64,000 nucleotides of DNA from Dehalococcoidia bacterium (lineage in GTDB: Bacteria > Chloroflexota > Dehalococcoidia > Lucifugimonadales > UBA3495). Numbering within the stretch: position 1 is the stretch's first letter; each line of letters starts with the position of its first letter. Below are positions 56,462 to 64,000 of the stretch, in pieces. A program made the translations under genes and the position numbers. The stretch covers positions 1,565,543 to 1,629,542 of the forward strand of contig OZ247428.1 in NCBI GenBank assembly GCA_965232845.1. Direction: 5' to 3'. A model generated the notes under the pieces. It was not told where the DNA came from, made no database searches, and worked only from the letters and a program-made list of their open reading frames with translations.

Positions 56462-56487
56462 GAGGCGGGTCAGTGACCCGCCTCTTT
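56462..56487. terminator. bidirectional terminator hairpin
   Basis: GAGGCGGGTC-agt-GACCCGCCTC followed by TTT. It lies between the convergent PIG-L and arsM genes. Confidence 0.6.
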
Positions 56488-56515
56488 CGCTAACCCTTGG
56501 AAAGGAAATGCCTGG

Positions 56516-57313
56516 CTAAGCCGGCTTGTGGGCCACAACCTTGACGCTGGCCACGTTCAGCGACTTCCCGTCCTCGTCGAACTTGATGCTCTCGTCTGTA
56601 GTTTCGACGTCGATAAATCCTGCCTCCTGCAACCGGCCCAGGTAAACCGCCTTGTCTTCCGCCCCACCAACACAGGCTACCCAGGCCTCCGCATCGGTAA
56701 TGGAGGGCCCCTCGGGACTGAGGGCTACCATGTCTGAGACGTGCACCCTTCCGCCCGGCGCCAATACCCGGTAGGCCTCGCGGAAAACGGCGTCCTTATC
56801 CGGCGAAAGGCAGATAACGCAGTTGGAAATGACCACGTCCACGCATTCGTCGGGCAGAGGAATGTTTTCCATCTCGCCTTCTACAAATTCCACATTGGTT
56901 AACCCGGTGGTAGCCAAGTTCTTGTGCGCCAGTTCCAGCATGTCCAGGGTCATATCCAGTCCTGTCACATGCCCCGACTCGCCTACTTGCTGGGCAGCCA
57001 GGAAGCAGTCGATGCCTCCTCCGGAACCCAGGTCCAATACCCGCTCACCGGGCTTTAGACCCGCCAATGCCGTGGGGTTTCCGCAACCCGCCGAGGCGGC
57101 CACTGCTTCAGCGGGAAGTCCGGCCACCTGCCCTTCGTTATAGAGCCTCAGGGCCCGTTCCGCATCCTCGGGACTGCAGCACCCCGGATCACCGGAGCAG
57201 GCAGCTTCGTCACTTGCGTTGTCCTGGGCGGCGGACAGTTCAATCACGCCTCTCGCCCTAGCCCCATATCTCTCCTGTACAAATCGCTTGATTTCACTCT
57301 GGTCAGTTGCCAT
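56516..57313 (-). CDS. arsM: arsenite S-adenosylmethionine methyltransferase (ArsM-like)
   Basis: ORF track 56516..57349; ATG 57313 with a GGAGGA Shine-Dalgarno is preferred. Has Cys-rich N-terminal motifs (CSGDPGCC), GCGNPTALAGLKPGERVLDLGSGGGID and NCVICLSPDK. Confidence 0.8.
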   Translation of the reverse strand: MATDQSEIKRFVQERYGARARGVIELSAAQDNASDEAACSGDPGCCSPEDAERALRLYNEGQVAGLPAEAVAASAGCGNPTALAGLKPGERVLDLGSGGGIDCFLAAQQVGESGHVTGLDMTLDMLELAHKNLATTGLTNVEFVEGEMENIPLPDECVDVVISNCVICLSPDKDAVFREAYRVLAPGGRVHVSDMVALSPEGPSITDAEAWVACVGGAEDKAVYLGRLQEAGFIDVETTDESIKFDEDGKSLNVASVKVVAHKPA

Positions 57314-57549
57314 TGATTTCCTCCAGGGGCTTGTGCTGATATTTTCCAACCACTAACGTTAAAGCCGAATGGGTTAAATTCCAGATTTGAGTATAAGTAC
57401 GGACTGGAAGTGGGTCAAATCGCTTGAATTCCGCTGAAGCTTTCGACTTTGTCTTGCAAAGAAGTTTCTATGTTAGAATGGGCCAAAATGACCCTTGGGA
57501 ATCCAGCCTTATCTACAGACTGCAACCCAACTAGCGGGAGGGGAACACG

Positions 57550-58137
57550 ATGATTGACCAGGTAGAGTTGATGAGAATTGTAGAGCAACACCGGGACGGC
57601 GCCGTAGTGGTTCCGGCCATGCGGGCCAATCTCGGTTGGGCAGAGGTATCTAACGACGTGACGCGGGACGTCCCGGCCAGTGGCGCTATGGGAAAGACCA
57701 ATTCCTTTGCCCTGGGCGTGGCACTGGCCAGGCCGGAGGAAAAGGTCATCATATTTGACGGCGACGGAAGTCTGCTCATGAATCTGGGCGCCCTGGTGAC
57801 CATCGCCAACAAAGCCCCTACCAACCTTTATCACTTCGTAATGGAAAACGGCGTATACGCTACCACCGGCGGCCAGGAAGTACCTGGGGCCGAAAGCACT
57901 GACTACGAGGCTATGGGCCGTTCCGCCGGCTATGCGCATGCCTATTCGTTCGATAACCTGGAAGACTTTGCCACACAGGCCGGGGAAATCCTCAACGAAG
58001 AGGGACCCACTCTCATCGCCGTAAAGACTGTCCCCAACATCCGCTACCCTGACGAACGCATGGGAGGAGGAACGCGCAGCAACCGGCGTACTCCCCAGGC
58101 AATCCAGGAGTTGATGGAAGAGTTTGGGTTGAAGTAG
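57550..58137 (+). CDS. thiamine-diphosphate-binding protein, C-terminal TPP (PP) domain only (sulfopyruvate/phosphonopyruvate decarboxylase beta-subunit-like)
   Basis: 195 aa with the GDGS...N TPP-binding motif in IIFDGDGSLLMNLGALVTIA...MENG. GGGAGGGG Shine-Dalgarno upstream. Confidence 0.7.
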   Translation: MIDQVELMRIVEQHRDGAVVVPAMRANLGWAEVSNDVTRDVPASGAMGKTNSFALGVALARPEEKVIIFDGDGSLLMNLGALVTIANKAPTNLYHFVMENGVYATTGGQEVPGAESTDYEAMGRSAGYAHAYSFDNLEDFATQAGEILNEEGPTLIAVKTVPNIRYPDERMGGGTRSNRRTPQAIQELMEEFGLK

Positions 58138-58367
58138 AGTCGGCTGACCTTCCCAGAATGAAGTAGAAACTATCTCAAGAATTCCCTTCCCCCCCGACAA
58201 GGGAAAGTATGGATGGCGGCGACGAATAGCGTATTTTCATTACCGCGCTAAACGGCGACTTTAACCGCCGGTTTCAAGATAGTTTCCAGATAACCCAACA
58301 AAGCATTGTCGTTGGCTAAAATCAGTGCCTTGAAACGTGCGTTTCGGGCTGAATCAAAGGACTGACT

Positions 58368-59462
58368 ATGAGAATAACCGGCTTTGACACTCGCATAGTG
58401 CGGGTTCCCGCGGAAAATCCCCTGGTTGAATGTATACCCGTCGGCCCCGGCACAAGGGACTTCGTTCTCCTGGAACTGAATACCGACGAAGGGATTCAGG
58501 GCATCGGATATTCCTTCATTCCCGGCATGGTGGGCAATCCCCTGTTTACTGCCCTCAAGGTCACCGTCGATGTCATGTGCGAAATAATCTCAGGTGACGA
58601 TCCCTTTCCAGTCGAGGCCATCGTCAACAAACTAAAACGCCAAACCGGCACCATAGGCCCGGGCTTGTTCAATTTCGCCCTCGCCGGTGTGGATATGGCA
58701 TTGTGGGATATCAAGGGCAAAGCCTTCGGGGTTCCCGTGGCCACGCTGCTGGGCGGCCACCGGGACCGGGTTCCAACCTACGCCAGCGGCCAGCTAACCC
58801 GCGACCGTAACCTGGAGTTCCTGGCTGATGTGGGGCAGCGCCTGGTGGAAAAAGGGTTCCGTCAGATGAAGACCCAGATGGGCGCCGAACCCCTGGCGGA
58901 TGACGAAGTTGCCCGGATCCGTGTCATGCGGGAAGCCATCGGTCCCGACATTGACCTGATGTGCGACATCAACCAGCTTTGGGACGTTAACCGGTCCATA
59001 AGCATCGGAAAGCGGGTCGAGGAGTTCAACCTCTTCTGGCTGGAGGATATGACCACATACGACGATTACCAGGGCTTGGCCCGCATCGCCGACGCCCTGA
59101 CCACTCCGATTGCCGCCGGTGAGTATGTCTTCGGAATCGCTCCCTTCCGCCAGCTAATCGAAAATCGGTCTATCGACATTGTTATGATCGATCTGATGAG
59201 GGTCGGGGGCATTACCCAGTTCCAGAAGGTGGCCGGTATGGCCGAGGCCTTCAATATGCCGGTAGTAAGCCACATTGCTCCGGAAGTCCAGGTGCACAAC
59301 ATGGCTGCGATTCCCAACGGTCTGACCGTGGAATACATGCCCTGGTCGCTCCAGTTGTTCGAGGAGACTCCTGATATTGTGGACGGCGACATCGTGGTGC
59401 CCGACAAACCCGGACTGGGTCTGACATTCAGCGAGGACGCAATCAGGCAGTACGGCGTCTAG
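58368..59462 (+). CDS. enolase-superfamily enzyme (mandelate racemase / muconate lactonizing enzyme family)
   Basis: 364 aa with the motifs MALWDIKGK, LMCDINQLW, FWLEDM and IDLMRVGGIT, which carry the metal ligands. Confidence 0.85.
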   Translation: MRITGFDTRIVRVPAENPLVECIPVGPGTRDFVLLELNTDEGIQGIGYSFIPGMVGNPLFTALKVTVDVMCEIISGDDPFPVEAIVNKLKRQTGTIGPGLFNFALAGVDMALWDIKGKAFGVPVATLLGGHRDRVPTYASGQLTRDRNLEFLADVGQRLVEKGFRQMKTQMGAEPLADDEVARIRVMREAIGPDIDLMCDINQLWDVNRSISIGKRVEEFNLFWLEDMTTYDDYQGLARIADALTTPIAAGEYVFGIAPFRQLIENRSIDIVMIDLMRVGGITQFQKVAGMAEAFNMPVVSHIAPEVQVHNMAAIPNGLTVEYMPWSLQLFEETPDIVDGDIVVPDKPGLGLTFSEDAIRQYGV

Positions 59463-59529
59463 CTCAACCCTGTGGACCGTCCCTGGGAAACCCCAAGATC
59501 TGTATTAGAAATTTACCGGAGGAAGAAAT

Positions 59530-59826
59530 ATGACCGCGCAACTGCGCATTTACACCATAAATCGAGGAATGATGGACTCCTGGCTCAAGGTATTCAACGA
59601 GCACATCCGCCCCCTGCACGACCGCTTGGGCATTCCAGTTGTCACCTCCTACGTCAACGCCGACCGGACCGAGTTCATCTGGGTGCGCAAATTCAACAAT
59701 GCCGAGGAGATCCCCAACAAGGAAGCCTCCTATTTCGCATCTCCGGAACGGACTGCCCTGGGCGACATCCCCACCAGCCATATCGCCAAGATGGAAGTTC
59801 GAGTGATTGAAGAGGTAACAGTCTGA
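59530..59826 (+). CDS. NIPSNAP-family protein
   Basis: 98 aa beginning MTAQLRIYTINRGMMDSWLKVFNEHIRPL... GGAGGAAG Shine-Dalgarno upstream. This is the second NIPSNAP gene in the window. Confidence 0.75.
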   Translation: MTAQLRIYTINRGMMDSWLKVFNEHIRPLHDRLGIPVVTSYVNADRTEFIWVRKFNNAEEIPNKEASYFASPERTALGDIPTSHIAKMEVRVIEEVTV

Positions 59827-60133
59827 GGCCTTCCAGGCTATCGCAAAACCTGGCGAGCCCTTCAAGCGTAGTTAGTGTTGAACAGTACATTCAGTTCAAC
59901 CGTGGCAGAAAATGAAAGTATTCCGAAGGCTATGGGAACTGCTGTCCGGTCTTGGCAATATGCCCAGTCCTCGCCCCATGGGCAACTATGGTCAATACCT
60001 GACTGATACGGTCCAATACCACCATTGAGGGCCACGTCCCTGACCCTCAGTTGAGGGTCGCCATGCTAGGATTTCGAAGCCCAGCCGATCCGGCTATACT
60101 GTGATTCAATCCTAAGGTCTGCCAGGACAACCT

Positions 60134-60502
60134 ATGCTTGAATCAGCAAACCGCTATGCCGTTGCCAGCCAGGAATTCATGACCAAGGCATACAAATACT
60201 TTGAAGAAGGTGATTTGGTACAGGCTTCAGAAAAGGGTTGGGGAGCCGCAGCATCAATGGTTAAAGCCGTTGCCGAGGAACGGGGCAGGCCGCATCGCCA
60301 CCACCGCCTGCTGTATGAAATTGTTGAGGACCTGGTGGAGGAAACAGGCGACGAGGAATTGTCTGTTATATTTGACCAGGCTTCCCGATTACATGCTAAC
60401 TATTACGAAAATTGGATGCGGCGACGTGCGGTGCGACGTTCATTGGCGGCCATAGAGCAATTCAGGGACAAGTTGGACCCGTTGCTGGCACAAGAACGGT
60501 AA
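60134..60502 (+). CDS. PaREP1/HEPN-like helical protein
   Basis: 122 aa. FEEGDLVQASEKGWGAAASMVKAVAEERG...HRHHRLLYEIV resembles the PaREP1 family. The call is tentative. Confidence 0.5.
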   Translation: MLESANRYAVASQEFMTKAYKYFEEGDLVQASEKGWGAAASMVKAVAEERGRPHRHHRLLYEIVEDLVEETGDEELSVIFDQASRLHANYYENWMRRRAVRRSLAAIEQFRDKLDPLLAQER

Positions 60503-60511
60503 GATAGGCCT

Positions 60512-60955
60512 CTACAGCTCCTTCAGCATCTCTATGTGAGGAATCCCTTCCTCCAGAAACACATCCCCTCTCTCCTTGTAACCATGCTCGGCATAAAAGG
60601 TCTTGACGTACTCCTGCGCGTGCAGCAGGCAATGGGTCAAGCCCTGGGCCTTGGCCTCCTCCTCCAGGCAATGGAGCACCTTTGCCCCCACCCCGTGGCG
60701 GCGCCAGTCTTTGTCCACCGCCATTCGGCCAATACGGCAGGTCCCTTCCTCATCGCCCTCCACTATTAGCATACGACCCGTGCCGATTATCTGGTCGCCA
60801 CATATGGCTACGGCATGGGTTGCGGTCGCATCGGCCTCGTCAAGCTCATTCTCGGCAGGGATCTGCTGCTCAACGACGAATACCCGCATTCGCACGTTGA
60901 TGGCGCCCTCCAACTCAGCTTCGGTTTCGACCAGTTTTGCTTCTATCTCTAACAC
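60512..60955 (-). CDS. GNAT-family N-acetyltransferase
   Basis: ORF track 60512..61009; GTG 60955 gives about 147 aa. Has the acetyl-CoA motif IGRMAVDKDWRRHGVGAKVL. Confidence 0.8.
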   Translation of the reverse strand: MLEIEAKLVETEAELEGAINVRMRVFVVEQQIPAENELDEADATATHAVAICGDQIIGTGRMLIVEGDEEGTCRIGRMAVDKDWRRHGVGAKVLHCLEEEAKAQGLTHCLLHAQEYVKTFYAEHGYKERGDVFLEEGIPHIEMLKEL

Positions 60956-61083
60956 TTGTGAGTTCCCCACTAACAAAGATAGACAGGACAAAGAGGCCAA
61001 GGCGCCCAATCATCCCGTCTATTTAAAGCTGTCTATGTAAGGCCTTCCACCTAAAGATTGATGCCGCCTGGCCGTTAGGACAG

Positions 61084-62283
61084 TTACCGTGCCAGGCCGT
61101 AGGCGACAGCCTTAAGGTTGGCATCCTCCGATTCGTTTAGGGTCGCGGCCACGCTGGCAATCAACTTGCCGCAAGCCGTGTCACCCCAGAACCAGCGGTG
61201 CAGAGCCTCCTCGTCTGCCCCCTTCTGCTGCTCCATCCTGGCTTCGTAATAGAAGGCTTTGAGGTCGTCGGCGCAGTACCGAATGAACTGGGCCCGGGAT
61301 ACCCCTTCCGGCCGCTCCGACATATCGGCATCGGCATCCCCTTCGGCGCAACCCTCAAGAAATCTGATCACGCCCCTGAAGCGTCGCTGGGGAACGCCAC
61401 ACAGACCCACTGCGGTTCTGCCGCCGTTATTGTCCAGCCAGCGTTCGTAAAAGGCCCTCAACGCTGTAACTTCGTCCGCGGCGCTTCGGGTAGCTGGCTC
61501 AACCTTGGTATCGACCTGCGACGCCTGAGGCATTATCGATGGAGCTGAATCATCGGGGAAATCTTCCAACACCGGCCCTGTAGCGGCCTTGAGAAGGTCG
61601 AATGCCGCCTCCAAAACCTGGTGTTGGTACTCCGCATCGTTGGGCCTTCCCAGGGCAAACCCGAAGAAGAAAGGTACGAACAGGGCCCTTGGCGGCTTTA
61701 CCTTCTCGGCATGCTCACGGACCATTGCGATGGTGGTTGTAGCTACTCCATGTTCTTCAATAACCCTGGACAGCACACTCACGGTGTGGGTGCAAAGGGG
61801 TCAAGTAGGGGTCAGGAGCGCCACGTCAACTCCCTCTTCCTTCAGCCACCGAGCCACCTCTGGTCCGGTTTCGTCAATTAGCTTGCTGGCATCACGCAGC
61901 GCGCCCATAAAGGAGTAGTAGTTAGCAGACAATTCACCAATCTTTCCTTGCTCTACCAACTCCCTAAGCCGGTCCACCGGAAATGTGACGTTCAAGTCCC
62001 GATAGATGCCGGTATGGTCGAAGCCTATGGAAAAGTGGCTTTGCACCACGTCCGCCGGGTTGGAGTCGCTGGGAATAACCCGGTAGGTGTACTCGCCGCC
62101 GGGATCATCGCGCGTGAATGGCTTGTCGCCGCGCAGGTGCAGGCCGGCCGAGGTAACCAGGGCAACCTTGCACTGGGACAATGGCTTAGACAATCCCACC
62201 CAGGGTGTGGATTCATGCTCCAGGCAAGGAAAAAACTCCAGTGTCCTGCGCTGTACTTCGCTCAGCGTTTCCAGTCTGGGCAT
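61084..62283 (-). CDS. GrdB/PrdB-family (glycine/sarcosine/betaine/D-proline reductase selenoprotein B-like) selenoprotein, UxxC motif (in-frame TGA at 61803-61801)
   Basis: ORF-track pieces 61801..62283 and 61084..61782 are in one frame. My readthrough gives ...FPVDRLRELVEQGKIGELSANYYSFMG...EEGVDVALLTPT-U-PLCTHTVSVLSRVIEEHGVATTTI... This parallels GrdB ...LRELEKEG.IG...AVILTST-U-GTC...IER.GIP. (from memory). GAGGAGG Shine-Dalgarno before ATG 62283. 399 codons in total. Confidence 0.75.
61764..61800 (-). promoter_or_regulatory. candidate bacterial SECIS hairpin for the GrdB-like gene
   Basis: On the coding strand directly after the UGA: CCCCUUUGCACCCACAC-CGUGA-GUGUGCUGUCCAGGG. The core stem CACAC/GUGUG (61774-61788) has a GU-containing loop, and an imperfect lower stem CCC.../...GGG extends it. 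Confidence 0.4.
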
Positions 62284-62403
62284 TAACGCCTCCTCATGAC
62301 CTGTTCGGACGATTCCCTGAATGTTGCGCCCCTATGGCACCCAGTATCCAAGAACTGAACGCCGGCAGGAGCACATTGCTAATCTTGATCGGCCAGTGGG
62401 CTC

Positions 62404-63498
62404 TTAGTTAAATACGATGGCGCCCCGGCCAACTTCTCCCTGGTCCATGTCGCCATAGGCCTCATTTATCTGGTCCAGAGAATAGTGACGGACCACCAGA
62501 TCGTCGAGGTTCAGCCGTCCCGACAGGTAAAGGTCAACCATGGTAGGCATATCCGTGCGACCCCGGGCCGAACCGTAGTAGGTACCCCGCAGGGTCTTCT
62601 CGTTTCGCACCAGGTCCACGGCATTGATGGGAGCCTCGGCGCCCATCGGGGCAATTCCCACCACCGTAACTGTCCCGCTCTTGGCACACATATCGTAGGA
62701 GGCTTTGACTGTTTCTGCCGAGCCGAACACCTCGAAGGTGTAGTCGGCGCCACGGCCACCTGTGAGTTCCTTGACCTGGGCAACAGGGTCCCGGTCTGCG
62801 GCATTTACCGAGTGGGTCGCGCCGAACTTCATCGCAAATTCAAGCTGGCTCTCGCGGATGTCCACCGCAATGATCTGCGAGGCGTTAAGTAGCTTGGCTC
62901 CCATAATTACGTTGAGTCCCACCCCGCCGCAGCCGACCACCGCGACGGTGCTGCCGGGCTGCACTTTGGCGCTGAACATGGTCGCCCCAACGCCCGTGGG
63001 AACACAACAGCCAATCATCGCCGCTTTGTCCATGGGAATGCCGGAGTTCGTGGGTATGCAGCCGGTTTCCGGTACCACCGCATACTCGGCAAAGCACGCT
63101 ACCTTGCCCATGTGGTGAATATCCCTGTCGCCCTTGTGGAGGCGGGTAGTGCCGTCCAGCATAAAGGGGCCCGTGGCCATGTGCAGATCGCACAGGTTGG
63201 AGTTTCCTTCCAGGCAGGACTTGCACCTGCCACACGCCGGGACAAAGGACAGAATTACCTGGTCGCCAGGCTTGGTCAGGGTAACGCCGGGCCCCACCTT
63301 CTCCACGGTTCCCGCTCCCTCGTGACCCAGCACGGCAGGCAGGGCGATGTTGGCATCACCATGCATAAAGTGCCGGTCGCTGCGGCAAACACCCGCTGCG
63401 CCAATCTTCACCAGCGCCTCACCGGCCTTGGGTTCGTCCAAGTCTACATCCTCAACCACCAAAGGTTGACCATATTCATACAAAACGGCAGCCTTCAA
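62404..63498 (-). CDS. zinc-dependent alcohol dehydrogenase (class III / medium-chain dehydrogenase family)
   Basis: ORF track 62404..63582. TTG 63498 (GGAGGG 6 nt upstream) gives LKAAVLYEYGQPLVVEDV... Has GVCRSDRH, GHEGAGTV, the structural-zinc CGRCKSCLEGNSNLC and the Rossmann motif VVGCGGVGL. Confidence 0.88.
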   Translation of the reverse strand: MKAAVLYEYGQPLVVEDVDLDEPKAGEALVKIGAAGVCRSDRHFMHGDANIALPAVLGHEGAGTVEKVGPGVTLTKPGDQVILSFVPACGRCKSCLEGNSNLCDLHMATGPFMLDGTTRLHKGDRDIHHMGKVACFAEYAVVPETGCIPTNSGIPMDKAAMIGCCVPTGVGATMFSAKVQPGSTVAVVGCGGVGLNVIMGAKLLNASQIIAVDIRESQLEFAMKFGATHSVNAADRDPVAQVKELTGGRGADYTFEVFGSAETVKASYDMCAKSGTVTVVGIAPMGAEAPINAVDLVRNEKTLRGTYYGSARGRTDMPTMVDLYLSGRLNLDDLVVRHYSLDQINEAYGDMDQGEVGRGAIVFN

Positions 63499-63738
63499 TT
63501 GCGGCCCTCCTGAATCTATTTGGTGTTTATCATCCGCATAAGCCTGCTGTATGTCAACCGCTGGAAATCTCCGGAGGCTCACACAGGCTGTTGGATTAAG
63601 GGTGTATCCGGACCCGTCGCATTAACCGATCGCTTGCCCTAATGTGGTAACTGGCAAAATGATGTAATATTCTTTCTGTCGAAAACACCTTGCAACTAGC
63701 CCCGTTGCGCTCGACCTACCCTCCGGAAGGAGTTCTGG

Positions 63739-64000
63739 ATGTTGGAATTAAGGCAAATAACCGCCGCCGAATTTGAGGAATGGGTTCGGGTGGAGGCCAG
63801 GGCCTACGGCAACCGGCTGAATGTCGACCCGGAAGTCCTTCGTCCTAACTTTGACCTGGACCGGTCAATTGCCATGTTCGACGAGGGCAGCATTGTCGGC
63901 GGGGCCCATTCCCACCTGCAGGAGATTTCAATACCCGGTGGCGCATCTGCTATTGCGGGCGTGGCTAATATCGAAGTGCAGCCCACCCACCGGCGGCAGG
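63739..64000 (+). CDS. Eis-like GNAT acetyltransferase, N-terminal part (runs off the window)
   Basis: Not in the ORF track (no stop). My translation is MLELRQITAAEFEEWVRVEARAYGNRLNVDPEVL...AGVANIEVQPTHRRQ. GGAAGGAG Shine-Dalgarno 7 nt upstream. The PTHRR(R/Q)G acetyl-CoA motif resembles Eis-family proteins. Confidence 0.6.
   Translation, partial: MLELRQITAAEFEEWVRVEARAYGNRLNVDPEVLRPNFDLDRSIAMFDEGSIVGGAHSHLQEISIPGGASAIAGVANIEVQPTHRRQ

Noticed and set aside
59912-60028. A 38-codon ORF (MKVFRRLWELLSGLGNMPSPRPMGNYGQYLTDTVQYHH) in the NIPSNAP-PaREP1 spacer.
   Set aside because: It has no Shine-Dalgarno, no recognisable motif and no supporting context, so I cannot support it as a gene.
1-64000. 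The alternative explanation that UGA is globally reassigned (genetic code 4 or 25) rather than Sec-recoded.
   Set aside because: Many well-supported genes terminate at TGA at family-typical lengths (for example the response regulator at 2513, htrA at 25482, FKBP at 26617 and the ABC ATPase at 46330). The three internal UGAs all coincide with catalytic Cys positions and are followed by hairpins.
1-64000. A search for tRNA-Sec (UCA anticodon loop CTTCAAA or TTTGAAG with flanking complementary stems) and for selA, selB or selD.
   Set aside because: The few CTTCAAA/TTTGAAG occurrences (for example near 1585, 19665 and 51645) lack anticodon-stem complementarity. The one at 51645 is the loop/stem of a terminator. 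No sel genes were recognised, so the Sec machinery must lie outside the window.
1-64000. Mobile elements, prophage remnants, CRISPR arrays or defence islands, including the region 3' of the tRNA-Arg/tRNA-His pair as an integration hotspot.
   Set aside because: I saw no integrase, transposase or recombinase motifs, no direct repeat of the tRNA 3' ends and no spaced repeat arrays. The window reads as core chromosome.

Overview
This is a gene-dense, moderately GC-rich chromosomal segment with about 60 protein genes and 2 tRNAs. I found no rRNA, CRISPR array, transposase, integrase or phage genes. The content is housekeeping plus redox and small-molecule metabolism. It includes recG-degV-yloV, ruvB, a split F420 operon (cofG-cofH-cofD-cofC plus an LLM-class oxidoreductase), fabI, an archaeal-type class V fructose-1,6-bisphosphate aldolase/phosphatase, aspS, an HtrA protease, tRNA-His and tRNA-Arg, two Dpp/Opp-type ABC importer fragments, the full glycine cleavage operon (gcvT-H-PA-PB), moaD/moaE, arsM, an ABC-2 exporter followed by sppA, and several hydrolases. 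The gene content (F420, class V FBPase, split GcvP, NIPSNAP, enolase-superfamily and LLM enzymes) suggests a Chloroflexota-like marine bacterium, but that is inference only. The strongest result is that three gene pairs which the ORF track splits are each one reading frame interrupted by a single in-frame TGA. In each case the TGA sits exactly where the family has its catalytic cysteine, and a SECIS-like hairpin follows. They are an OsmC-like protein (44621-45139), an AhpD/CMD-like protein with a CxxU motif (43341-43901) and a GrdB/PrdB-family reductase with a UxxC motif (61084-62283). This points to a selenocysteine-decoding organism with an unusually Sec-dense redox neighbourhood. Other observations: aspS has no canonical start and probably initiates at CTG. 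A PLP aminotransferase is frameshifted by a perfect 16-bp tandem duplication. An orphan OmpR-type regulator has a degenerate receiver pocket. A translationally coupled sppA / GldG-like / twin-domain acidic lipoprotein module is uncharacterised. Two genes are missing from the ORF track (a 53-aa SEC-C zinc protein and an edge-truncated DUF4392 gene). All family calls come from reading motifs by eye. Start codons are best guesses from Shine-Dalgarno spacing, and no database search or RNA folding was run.
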